NCBI GenBank assembly: GCA_965202585.1 | Contig: OZ241830.1 | Coordinates: forward strand, 21,204,001-21,268,000 | Reading direction: 5' to 3' | Source: Thalia democratica | Lineage: Eukaryota | DNA: 64,000 nucleotides | In this document: in pieces, positions 35,601-50,000 of the stretch | How the letters are laid out: each line of letters starts with the position of its first letter | How positions within the stretch are numbered: the first letter of the stretch is position 1 | The notes under the pieces: model-generated | Seen by the model: the letters and a program-made list of their open reading frames with translations, nothing else | Told to the model about the DNA's origin: nothing | Database searches by the model: none | Program-made: the position numbers and the translations under genes

Positions 35601-37624
35601 AACGGTGTAGGTAGTTAAGACAAGTAAACGATATTTAAACTGAATTATTTATGTTCTGTCCGGTTTATTTGGACAATTATGCTTGGTTATTAAAATATTC
35701 ATGAAGTGTTGACAATTTTTTTAAGCGTATTGAATGAAATCAATAAAGGTTTCGCCAATGAATAATAAAAGTTTAAAAGGAAAAGTTTACGCTAATTTGT
35801 GACGTGATGTTAAAAAAAGGTTTCCTTTTTGTGTTAGACGCAAAGCATGTTTTCTTAAACTAAATTTCCTTTTGACTTAAGTAAAACTTGGGTACAATAT
35901 AAAATATTTAAAGCTTGGTTAATAATCAATATAAACAAAAACTTAAATATCAGTTACTGTTACTGAGAATGAGTAGTTAAACATGTGTCATTAGCTTTTA
36001 CAATGATAAACTAATAGTTTACTTTACATGAACAAAAAGAAAAAGTTTAGTTATTAACAGTGACTGTTGTAGAAAAAATTAAACTTTAAAAATTGTCCTA
36101 GAATTTAATACTTTTAAGTGTGAATTTATCACATGCTTTTTATCAAAACTAAAAAGTAGAAATTAAAACTTAAACAACTAATGTTTATTTCAATTGTAAT
36201 TTTGACAAGTGTGCAAAATAGATGAGTCTAATTGTACTAATTGATCACAATTTATAAACAATAAGTAAATAAACAGTTTTTTTTTCAAATAAACTGAAAA
36301 TATTAATAATTAATTTTTCATGAATTTGTAAATTTAAAGTTTTAGCCAGTTTTCTATTTACTAAATGTTAAAACTTTGTCAGCTTGATTTGGAAGCACAA
36401 TTCAAAACTTATTTACACGTCAGTCAATCAAAAAAAATTATTTGAAATTTAAAGCCAACACCAGATTTTTTTAGCTGAAAACTTTTAATTTAAGTGTTTT
36501 TTTTATAAATATTTTTTCGGATGATTGTTGTAACTTCAAACCAAACATTTTCAAAATAAAAAAGTATATGCTACAATGAACTATGTAAAAGCGCTTAAAC
36601 TTAATTCTTTAAAACACAGCTGTAATTAAAGAACATAAATTTGTGTTAACTTTGAACTGTAAACTCGTAAACAAACACTTAGCTTTTATAACAATGATCC
36701 GTCTAAAGTTTTGATATTAAACGCAAGTTCATGTTTATACTTCAAACGGTCAAACCGAATTATGTTTATCTAATTTGTAGAATTTTTAATAACTTGTTTG
36801 TATAAAAATATTGGGATTACATGTTGTATTATGTTTTGTCTTTCTATTTTAATTTGCACACAAAAAGTAGAAAAGTGGTTTTGACCTTATTTCTTTAAAA
36901 TGTTTTAGCTTAAGAATTTTTATTTGTGAAGTAATTTAATAACAGAAAAATAGTAGTTTATTTAGAAAAATAGTTTTTAAAGCTTACTAAATTAGAACTA
37001 AAAAAAGTTTTATTTTATTTTGATAATATAAAACCAGTTGTTATGTTAAAACTAATAAAATTTAACCAAAATACTAACAAAACCAAAACTCTTTTCATTC
37101 TAAAAGATTGGTTTAGATTTTTGTAAACAAAACTAAAACTAAATAAAAAACTTTTCTGCATCTACAAACTTTCAAAACACAACTTAAACTTTTTACTCAA
37201 TAAAAAACTTTGATAAAAAGACAAATAAAGTCTTAAAACTTTTGAATTCAAATATTAAAGTTACAGACGATGCTCGTAAAAATATTTTACTATCGAAGTT
37301 AAAATTTTAAAACTCAGCTTTTCAGCAATGTTCTACTACTACAAGTTGCTTGTTGTTTGTTTATGACAAAATAAACAATATACCTTCTGAAGATACTCAA
37401 AGTGTTCAAGCAAACAAAAGCACACTTAAAGTATTTATATAAAATTACTTAAAAGTGCTTTATCAAAAATACAAATTGACAAACAAATAAAAGCATATCC
37501 TTAAAATATGCTTTATCAAAACAACTAAGGGAAACATATGATTTTTTTAAAAATTAATTTTGTTTTTAAATTTATTTAATTTTGCATTTTACTTTTTTAA
37601 AATAAAAGCTTACAGCCTTTAATG

Positions 37625-37927
37625 CAGGGTTTCCCAAAGTGGGCCATGAGCAGTAAAGGAGCCACAGGGGGGCCATGAGGCCATAACTTGAAACTTACAC
37701 TAGATATTCTTGAGTTCCAGATGAAAAGCAAAAAAAAAAGTCTTATGTGTATTTTATGGTAGTTTAGAAATTTACACTAGATAATCTTGAGTTGCAGATG
37801 AAGTCAAAAAAAAAAAAGGTTTTAGGTGTTTTCTATCGTAGTTTATGAGTAATCTTGTTTTAGGGGGCCATTGTTTTTTCAATTTCTTTAAAGGGGGCCA
37901 TTTGCAAAAAAAGTTTGGGAAACCCTG
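37625..37927 (+). mobile_element. hAT MITE, left arm only
   Basis: CAGGGTTTCCCAAA / TTTGGGAAACCCTG TIRs, perfect TSD CTTTAATG; empty site near 55615-55630. Confidence 0.93.
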
Positions 37928-38773
37928 CTTTAATGTATTTAAAGTTTAAACAAAATCAAACACAACACATATACTAAAACATATTAATTTTTTTTTTTCT
38001 TAACTTTTGCACAATATAGAGGTTATGTATTCTACATAAACCTTGTAGTGCATACTGCATGGGAATAAAGAAAATGTTAAAACGAAGAGAAATATTATTC
38101 AAGAAAAACAATTGTACTAAAAGTTAAAATATGAGAGATTGTATTCATACGTTTTTTATAGCTTGTATCAGTTACAATTTTCATAAATAAGATATCTTAA
38201 ACTTACTTTGTAATATGAGTAATTCTAGTTAACGTATATAACAGATAATTTTGACAACTGCTTTTAAACTGAAAACTGATTGGTTTTAAATGTTTTGTTT
38301 GCATATAGAAAAAAAATCGTTAAATCTTGTAATAACTTGATGTACGCTAAATTAATAAAATTGTCGATAATGATAACCTAATTATGCCAATTTTTTTTTA
38401 AGTCAAAAAATTTAAAAATGTAGTTTAAGTGTTATTTATTACAACTTTGAGCTTTTAAATCATTATAGAAATAATATTTTGTCATTATAAATTGAATAAT
38501 TTAAAACAATAGTTAACAATATCAATGTATCACTAGTTTGCGCAATCAAAAAATTTTTTATTATCTAAACCTTTTACAAATAACTGCATTTTTTATGGAT
38601 AACAAGTAATATTGACAATTATCATCACTGAAGAAAATTAATAACGATAACTAAAAAAAAAGGTTAACATGACAAAAATATATACTTTAAACACTTATAT
38701 ATATTTCAAAAACAGCTTTAAAAGGTTCTTAAAATATACTAATTGGTTTTAATCTTAGAGTATTTATCGAGAT

Positions 38774-39042
38774 CAGGGCTTCTTAAATCATTTTCTTATG
38801 GCCCCTTTTGAAGAATTTAAAAAAATATGGACAATTTAATAATTTTTTTTAACAAACTACCCTTGAATACACCTAAAACCTTTTTTTGTTTTTCATTATG
38901 AACTCCATAATATTTAGTTTTAGTTTAAAAATAAGATCTCATGGCTCCCTACCAACAGCCCACTCTTTGACCCTTTTGTAGTTTATGGCCCCCTAAATTT
39001 CTAACAAGATCGTAGTGGTATGGCCCACTTTAGAAAACCCTG
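38774..39042 (-). mobile_element. hAT MITE shared by both arms (left copy)
   Basis: CAGGGCTTCTTAAA / TTTAGAAAACCCTG ends; TSD ATCGAGAT/ATCTAGAT. Confidence 0.85.
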
Positions 39043-42000
39043 ATCTAGATACTGTTTTACTTTAACTAAATGTTTGTAAAAACAGTTAAATCTAAAATAA
39101 ATTATTTCTCAATTTAATGAATTAACGTTGATACCATAGTATCATAATAATAATTTTTTTTTGTTGTTATAATTTTAAAAATATTTATTAAATTATTTTT
39201 TTCTTACATTTTTGAAGAAAAGACTAAAGAAGTTTGGTAAAAGTTCTATTTTGATTGCATGAATGAATAAACGATCGTTTGCATAAGTTTTTGGTGTATA
39301 TGTGGCAATTGTGACTAAGAGTTTATGTTTTATTTGCTGCCTTAGCAAGCAATATAATGTTCCTAAACATTAATTTGATATTGAAAATTCCTAATATCTA
39401 GTTTAATTTTTAAATAACTTGTTTTAATGGTAAACAATAGGAAAAACAATAGTTACATACAGTTTCAAAGTTTTTTTTGTTCATGATATTTTAAAAACAA
39501 ACCTGTCAAATTTTTTTCTTTAATGACAAAGTTATATTAACTGTTCTAAAACTTAACTTAAACAACAAAAACTATACTGTGTGTATTATCAAAAAAACAT
39601 TAGTTGTTATACAAAATATAACAAACAACTCAATTCTGACAACAAAAATGTGAACTATTATTTTTGTTGATCTTATAAAAATATAACTAACAAAACTAAT
39701 TTTATTTCCACAAGAACCTAATAAAATCAACCTTAAACACAACTAGTTAGCACAAGAAATAAAATTGAAGCGTAATATGATAGTAAAATGCTAGTATAAA
39801 TAAAACAAGTATACTAAGTTCAACTTGGCTCAAGGCAATTTGTATGAACTTGATAATCTGTGTGAAATGCTACTTAGGGCGACAATAAAACAGCAATATC
39901 TACTTTGTACTTTTAAGTTTTACTTTTGTTATTTGTTAAATACTAATCTAGTATTGCTTTTAATTTTTTTAACGATTCTTTAGTAATAAGTTCTTTAAAT
40001 TCAAATAGCTACTTCTTAATACTAATACATTGTTTTTTAATGAGTTTCTTAGACCTTTTACATATAAATTGATAATAAACTGTAAAGTATTCTTTTTTAA
40101 AGTTTTAGTAGAAATTTGATTAGTTCATTGAAGCTTTTAACATCGCTAAACACTACCTAAGTGAACTAAAAACTTTAATTTTTCACAATTTTTCCTAGAC
40201 TAAAACACTTTCCTTTTGCTAATTTAAATAAAAGAAATAGCTAAGTTTCAAATGTAACAGTTACAAGTTATATTTTATTCATAACGTTGCAGTTTTGTTT
40301 AGTAAACTGACGAAAAACAACTGTTTTTGTTTAAATTCGTATAAACCAAATGTTTACCTTACATCATCTGGATTTCGAAGAGATGTATTTTCTATCAACT
40401 TTTAATTTTATATTTGCCAAGAGTAAACTATTATGTGACTGAAACAATTATTAAAGTTGTATGATCTAAAGTCAAAAGTTGCACAAAAAATTAGTAAGAT
40501 AATAAACTGAAACAAATATTGTTTTACAAATTTTAACTTTTCTTAAATTTTAAGACTGATTTATTAATGTTCAACGCTATTTTACTTACAAAATATGTTT
40601 TAGAAAACTTATGTATCGCAAAAGTCTGAATAAAACTATTTTTTCTAATTTATTTATTCTTAATTGAGTCTAAGTAAAAATTTTTTATTAATTATACAAT
40701 GTAGCTCTGACAAAACTTCCAAAAAAAGTTCTTTTAATCAGATAAAATGTGTACATGCGTTGAATACGAAAGCAGTATTAATAATAGATGAACTTGCAAA
40801 AATTTTCACAACAAAAGAAATTGTTTTTATTTTTGTTTACAAACAAATTCTTAACGCAATGTATATGTTTCTTGAACAATAATCAGCATTTTCTACTTAT
40901 CCTCACTACGATAAGTTGTTTTAATAATACTTTTGATAAAGGTCATTAGTACTTTGTTTAAAAAATTAAAAGACTTCCAATAAAAATGGATACAATTTTT
41001 ATATAGTTTAAGTACAACTTACACTCAATTATTTTCTTTGATTACATAGTTAAAACAAATTATTCGAAACTTCACTACGTTTTGTTACTTTTTATTATTA
41101 TGTGTTTTTTAATACTTATTGAATTTATGCAAATTTAATACTTATTGAATGAAGAGTATTCTAATTTTGATTTATAGTATCTTCACCTGAAGGATAGTTT
41201 TAAAATCTTACTAAAACAACAAAAAAGGTCTTGCATAGAATTGTGTATATAGTCTAAATGTTTTAGCTTTTGCTTACTAGTTTATATGAGCTTGAAGAGT
41301 TTTAGACAACTCTAGAAATCTCAAAGCATTATATTTATATAGAAAATATTTTAGGGAAAAAATAGGTTTTTTAAAGTTTCCGGTTAAAATTTCCTTTTGT
41401 TAAAATTGAAAGTTTTAAAGTTTTTTTTTATTTCGGAAACTATAAAACTTTTATACGTTGTAAATTTACAAAAGCTACTTGTGTATTTTTTGAATTTTAT
41501 AAAACCTTGAAATTTCAACATTAAAATTTATGAGACAAACATAAAACAATCTGGCTAAAGATTGAACTAACATTTTTTTAATCTAACAATTACTTTTGAA
41601 TGTTTAAACTCTGCATGGAGTTGTTAATTGCAGTATCTGTTTTTGAATTTAGATTTTTCTGTTAATAAAACTAAAATATTTACAAGGTAAGTTAATTATT
41701 AAACCTTATTAAAAAAAAAGCACACAGATTTATCAGCTGTATGTATTTGAGAACGTAGAAAAATACTGACCACATTTTATTGATTTCTAATTTGAAAAAC
41801 TGAAAAATATCTTCCTAAATCGATAAACACCGCTTTACAGAGATAGTTTAAGCCAAAATTCAAATTAATAGTTTAAAATATATATCTAGGAAACGTTTAG
41901 TTGAACAGTTTATTTAAGAAAGAAGTTAAATTATAAACTAGTTATGGTGTTTTAAATTTATATGTACAAGCCTAAAACGGTCTTAAAACAACAATAGGTT

Positions 42001-45000
42001 AAAATATGAATTAAATGCGTAATATTTTTTTTACAATTATATTTGTGCAATTTTTAAGAAGCTTCTTTTATGGAAATTATTATAATATTTTTAACATCTG
42101 TTTTATATTTTATTTTAAATATAGGAATAAAAGATTAATAACACTGCAATAAACAGGTAAGATATAGTTATTCTATTTATGTTAAAAAATAAATACGTAA
42201 AACATACTGGTAATTAATTACAAATTAAACCAAGCAAGTTATCAATCAAAATACTACCTTAACTCCTCGCCTTAAAGTAATGATTATTTGTAAATGTAGC
42301 GTTGTTATCTAATCTTTTATTCATAAAGTTTTTTATTAACTTTCTCATCGCTAACTTTTAAGATTAAGAATTGTACAAACCAAATGTTCAAGTTATGTCA
42401 GCTGGAATTCGAGATTTAACTGACAGCTTATGAAAATATCTGTCACATTTTAAATAGCTGTGTTTTACAGTGCCTTTATAGAAAAAAAAGTAAATATAGT
42501 AGTACTTTAGGGAAATTTTATTTCTACAACTAAAACCAAAATCAATTAAATTTACATTAGTTCAACTACAAAAAAATGTTTTTTAACTATATATTTATAC
42601 AAAACTGTTTAACTTTCACAGTTTTTATTTGAAAACCTCGGTAAAAGGCAATCAAGTGTTTAGTTATTTTCTAATGTTTTAGTATCAATTTATTTACGGT
42701 GTAAACAAAAACTTTATAAAACATACAAAGCTATGTTCAAGTCTATACGTTCTAAACCATTTTGATGTTTATTATTTTTTGAATAAAATTTACAACTAAA
42801 CTGATTATAAAATATGTCCTTCGACAAATAATAAACGACTTTTATATTTTCATTTTTTGTTATGCGACAACATGAATACTACATATTTGTTTGATGCTTC
42901 AACTTTCAAACATAAAATCATTATGTGGTTGTAATACAAAAAGTGAAATAAAAAAATTTATGACTTCATTTTTCAAAAAAACTAGCGAAAGTTTTATAAT
43001 AACTGTTAAATTTGAACTCTTTCCTAATGTATTGAAGCTAAGACTATAAAATTCTATTTAAACTTTTTAGAATCAAAATATAACAATGTAATAATTTTAC
43101 GACAAACTTACTGAACTACTAACATATTAGTCATGGAGGTGTTTTGTTTAAATTTTAAACATCAAGCATAGCTCATAAAAATAAATTTGAAACTTTTGAT
43201 TTTCTTGAAATATTGAATACAACAAAAAAAGACACATCTGAAATGGTTTTGAAATTTTTTTTTATAAAATAAAGTGGTTTTTGTTAGAAACAGAAACTAA
43301 TTTGGTATGTTTTTAAATCACATAAAGTTAGACAGCCGTAATAAATGTTTCAAATTAGTCACTAATGATTAGTAGGTGATTTTGATACATATAACTTTAT
43401 CTATTACTAAATTTAGATTAAATTATATGTATTTTTAAGTTGAAAATTACAGGTTACTAAATTTTTTTGCCAACAACAAAAAAAGATGTTTTATATTTTT
43501 TTCATTTTCTCAAATGCTGTAAAATACAAATAGCTTTTTATTACGTACATTATATGCACTTGTTCCTATTGATTCTGTTTGCTTAAGAATACGGGCAATT
43601 ATCGAAGTAAATTTATTGATTTGATCCGTACAAAAGGTTTGAAAAAGCATATAAACTTCAATCGATGAAAACCGATTTTAATGAGCAATTTAGACAAGTG
43701 GCCGTAATAAAAACTGAACTATCGATGGTTTTATTTAGTTAGTATTTTAACATTTTGGAAAAAAAAATCTAAAAGTATCATTATGATGTGGAAACTAAAA
43801 ACTTTTAAAAGTAGTTTTAAAAAGACTTAATAACATAAGTTTACATCGCTGAATCGGTCGAATTACTTTATACATAATATTTTTAAATAATTTTCGTTTT
43901 TATCAATTTGTAAGCTACTTGGCTTTTCTAATTATAAAGTCACATAAACTAATAACTGCTTTATTTTTCCAAAGCCTGTTTAGTAAAACGTTCAAAAACT
44001 CCCTTTGTTTAAGAGCAAACTAACATATTTGTATAACATGATGAAATTTGAAAAATTTAAAACAAAAGTTTTGTTTTTTTATGATATACTTATTAAACGA
44101 AATTAGTTTATAAATGTAAAATTTGTTTGATATTCTAAGTTTGGTGACCCAATGTGAAAATATTGTATTTGATATATCCAATTAATTTTCTTTCTATCGT
44201 AAATACAACTGCGCTTAATTAATTTTTTTTTCTTAATTTTACACTTTAGTTGACCCTTGTTTACTTTATTTTCTAAGCATTTTAACATTTAAAATTCGTA
44301 CAAATTTTATAGTTTAAACGTACTTAAAATCAGAAATATTTTTCTGAACTATAGTAATTCTATAATTACATTTTAGCCATTTATTGCATTTCTATCTTAT
44401 ACATAATCACTTGTATATTTAATATTTGATACAGTTGAATAAGTGAAATTGCACAATAAGTTTCAAAGGTAAAAACATAGAGATTTTGTTAAAAAAGGCA
44501 TTTAAAAATTAAAACAATAAAAATTTAAGATTTTTCTTATTCGAAAAATTAAGTTGCTTTGTGTTTAGTATTTAAAACTGAAAAACTTAAAGTACTATAA
44601 ATTAAAAAGTAATATAAATTATACAGTACTAAATACGGTTTTTTCCATCTAGATAATTTTCTTAAAGTCCCCAGAATTTTATTCAACATTCAGTTTTAAT
44701 ATAGAAGTTTGAAATAAACCTACTCTGTTTGCTTTACAATCCTTTTAAACGGTTTCCAGATGTTATCGATTCTAATTCGACAAATTCCTTTTCAAAATTG
44801 AGAAATTGTTTTTAATCTATTAACATAAACATAAGTAAATAAGTAGTAGAGTGCAACAGTATAAAAAATCAATTGATTCTCCATTATTTTGTAAATTCAT
44901 GTAAAGAGCATTTTTGTCTGAATTTTGATAAAAGTATAATTGTAAAAATTATTTGTTTTAGGTTTGAAATAACATTTACTGTCCAATAAAATTTTAGGAT

Positions 45001-46484
45001 AAGATACATAAGAAAACAACTTTTCCATTGTTTTAATTAACGACAAAACTTCTACGTGGTTTAACATTGGTAATTAATCGCTTTATGTATTTGAATTAAA
45101 AATAACTAATAATTGTATAGTTGCAAACTAAAGTTCCTGGTAGCAATTACTAAAAGAATTTTTCAACTAAATACGTAGTTTTAAAATAATACACTTCGGA
45201 AAAAGTAAGAAAAAGTAAAATAAACTAATAAATAAAAATATAATTTTATTATCGTTGAATAAGTTTTGAATTCACTAAGTTTGAACCTAAATTAGATGTT
45301 ATTAAGATAGTAGGTTAAAATAAACATTTATAAACAAGTTTTACATATTAATAACTTTTATTATATGACACTGTCGTCTACTTTTTAAGAATGCAAAGTT
45401 TAGAGTAAAATACAGCTGATTTTAAAAACAGAAAATACTTTATTTCTTTACAAATAAACACTTACACTTTTGTTTATTTTTCGACTCTATATGTTATTGT
45501 ATTACACTAAATAACTGTTAATATATAGCACCTTTATTGTTTTTACTTATTTTTTCTAAAACTGAAATGATCTACCGCAAAAAATATTTTGTATTTGTAA
45601 AAGACAAAAAAATACACACTATCAAAAGTAAGTTAGATTTCAATAAACATAACATTAAAAAGCCTATTAGAAAAAAAACTAATGAAGTTTAAATTATAGT
45701 TAGAAAACTTGATATAATTATCTTTTTTTGTCTGATATTTATTATAAATATTTTGATTAGTATTTTTTCTTTCACTTTTAAAACAAAACTATAAACTTTA
45801 TTACAAATAGGTTATCTTCTAAAAGCAAGTACAAGATTTCTTTGTTTCTTTAGACCATTATTGTTTGGCTAAAAACTATTGGGTTACACCAATGTGTACT
45901 TTCTTTGTGGTCTAATTATGACCACTTTTTTATCTTTATGAAATTCAAAGATGTTTATTTGTCTCAGCTTGATAGCATTTCAAAATTCATTTACATCTGC
46001 TTAAATTGATAAAATTAAAACAGTATATAAATTTATCTTTGATATGTTTTTATAAGGGTTGTATTATGTAGATAATCTTTTATACAAAATAGTCGTGAAT
46101 TACTGCTTGACTTTCTTTTATTATTAGTTTTTACAAAAAAAAATATAATGTTTATTTATAAAAACTATTTATTTTTTAAAAATTTCTTTTAAATGTTTAT
46201 TAAGACAAACTATTTACACTAGTGTAATACAGGTTTGTCTTAATGAAACATAAAAGTAAGTCTACTTCATGATGTTCATTAGAGTAGTTTTAAAAACAAC
46301 AATAGCCGTGTAACAAATTAATAAACTTTATGTTACAAAGAAGAAAAAACATGTATCATGTTGAGTAATTATTTACAAGATTTTCAGCTAATGAAACCAC
46401 TAATCAGTCCAACTTAAATTCTAGAGATAAAAAAGCAAGTTAAAAAAATAGTTTCTTTTATGTTTGAAGACTTTAAAAGGACTA

Positions 46485-47005
46485 TAAATAATTTATCATT
46501 GAATCAAAGTTTTTTGCTCAGCTCTAAGGCATGTAATTTCACTTTCTTTAATATTTACATCGAACAAACAAAAAGTCGAATCTGGCGGGTATAAATACAA
46601 AAGTATTACAACTTATTACAATGTCACTCATAAACGTAATTATCTTCACTTTTGGCGCACTTTTAACATGTTCTATGGTAATTGCACAAAATACTACACA
46701 AAATGACATTTGAAATTACATCCGCTAGCAACACCTCAATACTACCCATAATTTTAATGACATCACAGCAAATTATGGGCAGAATTGTTTGCAGCAATTC
46801 TACCCATAATATAGTGCCCATAAAATACTACCCATAAAAATTCCTACCGCTTTAACACAAGTGAAAATTATTTTGTTTATGAGTGACGTGGTAACAAGTT
46901 GTAATATTCATACCTATCTGACTCAACTTATGTATAGTCGATGTTAGTATTGAAAAAAGTGAAATGACATGCTTTAGAGTTTAGCAAAGTACTTTGATTT
47001 AATGA
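46485..47005. repeat. Palindrome centre: two back-to-back P-block copies (46485-46732, 46855-47005) around a CCCATAA-motif spacer
   Basis: 46600-46728 aligns directly to 32490-32628 at over 90%; 46855-47005 aligns to 59935-60100. Confidence 0.85.
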
Positions 47006-50000
47006 GAATTGTTTATATAGTTCTGAAAGTCAAAATATTTGTTTTTAAATTTGCTGCTTTATGCCCTAGACATTAAGTCGGACTGATAAGTGGTTTCATT
47101 AGCTGGAAATCTTGTAATGATTACTCAACATGATAAATGTAGTTTTATTTTTTATTTTTGAACAAAAAGTTTATTGAATGTTATTCGGCTTTTGTTGTTT
47201 TTAAAACTATGATAATGAACACAATAAAGTAAAAAATAAGTAAAAAATACTTTTATTTTTTAACAAGACAAACCTGTATTACACTAGCGTAAATAATTTA
47301 TTATATTGTACTTTTAAAAGAACTTAAGATATTTAAACATTACAATATATTTTTTTTGTTAAAATTAATAATAAATGAAAGTCAGGTGGTAATTCACGAT
47401 TATTTTATATATAGAATTATCGATAAATACGACCCTATGAAAGATATCAAAGATAGATTAATATACTAGATTTAAAAATCATTATACCATTTGTAGAAAC
47501 AACAAAAATTAAGAATAATGTGAATATTAGATATAACTTAATCAATTTAAGCAGATGTAAATGTACTTTGAACAGCTTTCAAGCTGAGATAAATAAACAT
47601 CTTTGAATTTTCGTAAATATAAAGAAAGTGGTCATAATTAGACCACAAAGAAAGTACACATTGGTGTCACCCAATAGTTTTTAGCCAAACAATAATGATC
47701 TACTGAAACAAAGAAATCTTGTACTAGATTTTAGAAGATAACCTGATTTTAATAGAGTTTAGTGTTTAAAAAAAAAAATAATAATAATAATAATAAAAAC
47801 ATTCATAACAGAATAAAAAAGAAAAAAAAAGTTAAACATAAGAAATTTTTACACTAAGAGAAAATTTTCATTCGTTTAGTATTTATATTCTAAAAGATTT
47901 TTTCAAGTTATGGTAAACCTTGTTTTTTCCGCATATAAATGTGTTTAACTTGTCGTTTACAAATAAATATCATTTTGTTGCAAATGTTAGATTCAGTTTC
48001 ACAATAAAGTAACTTAATATAGTAAATATAGTAGATATGAAAAACTGTTTCGAACACCATAATAACATCTAAATCGATAATAAACACATGTGTTAGTTTA
48101 ATCGTATAATAAAAGTGTTTTCTGCGTTTAAATTTAGTTATATTAACCTATAGTATGCATTCTCAAAGAAGTAGATGATAGTGTCAAATAATAAAAAGTT
48201 GTAACGTATACAATTGTTTAAAAATACTTATTTTAACTTCAAGTTTAGTCTAATTTAAATTTTATCTAACTTAGCTTAAAACTTAGTATGAGATAAAAAT
48301 TTTTAACGAGAAAAATATATTACTTTTAATTATTGCTAAAGTTTATCATATTTAGATATCATATTATTCTTCCTTTTTTCCAAACTATGTTTTTAATAAG
48401 TTAAATATTTAGTTAATATTATTCTTTTAGTAATTGCTACTAGGAACTTTAGTTTGTAACTGTACAGCCATTAGTTAATTTTAGAAACATAAGTAATTAA
48501 CAATGGCAAACCACCCAGCAATTTACTCATTAGTTATGTTACTTATCCTAAATATTTTTCAAACAAGATATGTTATCAAAAAATAAAAAAAAAACAGTTT
48601 TTTAACCGTTCATATATAAAGCTTCAAACAAAAAAGTATTAAAACTACAGTCACTCAAATCAACAAATAGTTTACCATTAATTGATTTTTATACTACTGC
48701 AGCCTACTGTCTACTTGTCTATTTTTCAATCGATTAAACTTTATTCCTCGATTTTTGAAATATTTGTTGAGTAAAAATCAATAACACCTGGATAATGTTT
48801 AATAGGATTTCAAAGCAATAAGAGTAGATTTTTTCATACTCCTTTTGTAAAATTATTTTTTTTTTCTTAGGTATCATTATCTCATCAAAATTTTGTTGTT
48901 TGCCCTCGGACGAACAAAATTTTTGAGCTTCTTAACATCAGTTAAAGAACCAGTTATTAGTTTCTAAAAGACTATCTGTAGAAAATTCAATTAGCTTAAA
49001 AAATTCTGAAAAGTTATACTTTTTCGACATTTTAGTTTTTTAGCTCATGTTTAATTTCTTTATAATAACTTTATCCTATTTCTAATTAACTTTAATCAAT
49101 TGCTTTCACTTTTGTTAAAATATAAAAGCTTCATGTAAGAGTAACTATTTAAAATGCAAATTTATTTTCTTAGATGTTGTAAGAACTAGTTTTAATAAAA
49201 GAAATTATCTAGGAAAACTTCTAAATTTAAATAACATCAAGTAAAGTATTAAAACTATTTGAACTAATAAAAGTAATTAATTTGCAAAACTAAAGATTAA
49301 ATTCCTAAATTTTTAAATAGAATCAAAGAATTTATTTTATTACCTTTTACTCATTTTATAATATAAATTTACATAACTAAGGTAAAAGAAATTTTTAAAT
49401 ATTTTAAACATATTTCTAAAATTGTTTTTTATCATAAACAACTTTATGAAATATTTTTTTTAAGAACGTTGTATTATTACTAATAAAATGAAATGATTTC
49501 TTTATTGAAATGAATGCTTAGACAAACTTTTCGAATGTGCCAATAAACTTTTTTTTTAATAAAAATTATCATAAAACCTACAAAAATGATTATTCCTTTT
49601 TTTCATTTATACTTTTCTTTAAATTTCAATTGTTCTTTAATAAAACTTAATCATTTCATAAGTTTATTTAACATATTAATTTTATCCTTCAAAAATGTTT
49701 GACTGGTTAAATCAGATCTTCAGGAAGTCGGTTAAGTTGACTACAAAGTATAAGCCTAAAGTGCTTATTGAAATATAGAAAAAGTAAACTTAATAGTCTT
49801 ATTTTCAGCATTTTCTTTTAATCAAACACTTTACCACTTAGTATTTAAGTTTTTTGGTATACCATTTAAAATAATTTTAAAAAGGAATAATTTTCGAAAA
49901 CTCAAAAAACTAGTAAAAAACATCGATAGTTCAGTTTTTATTGCGGCCACTTGTCTAAATTGCTCATTTAAGTCGGTTTTTATCGATTGAAGTAAATATG

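Larger units (their letters stand above)
28496..46660 (-). repeat. Left arm of giant protocadherin palindrome (visible part)
   Basis: Ordered inverted anchors, e.g. 29494-29860/62638-63004, 33590-33760/58700-58880, 35520-35900/57330-57730, 37250-37530/55730-56000, 39720-39900/53860-54030, 41720-41870/51900-52050, 43540-43740/49925-50115, 45790-45930/47620-47760, 46485-46660/46855-47010. Confidence 0.95.

Noticed and set aside
47777-47797. (AAT)n microsatellite and many poly-A/T runs
   Set aside because: Ordinary for an AT-rich genome.
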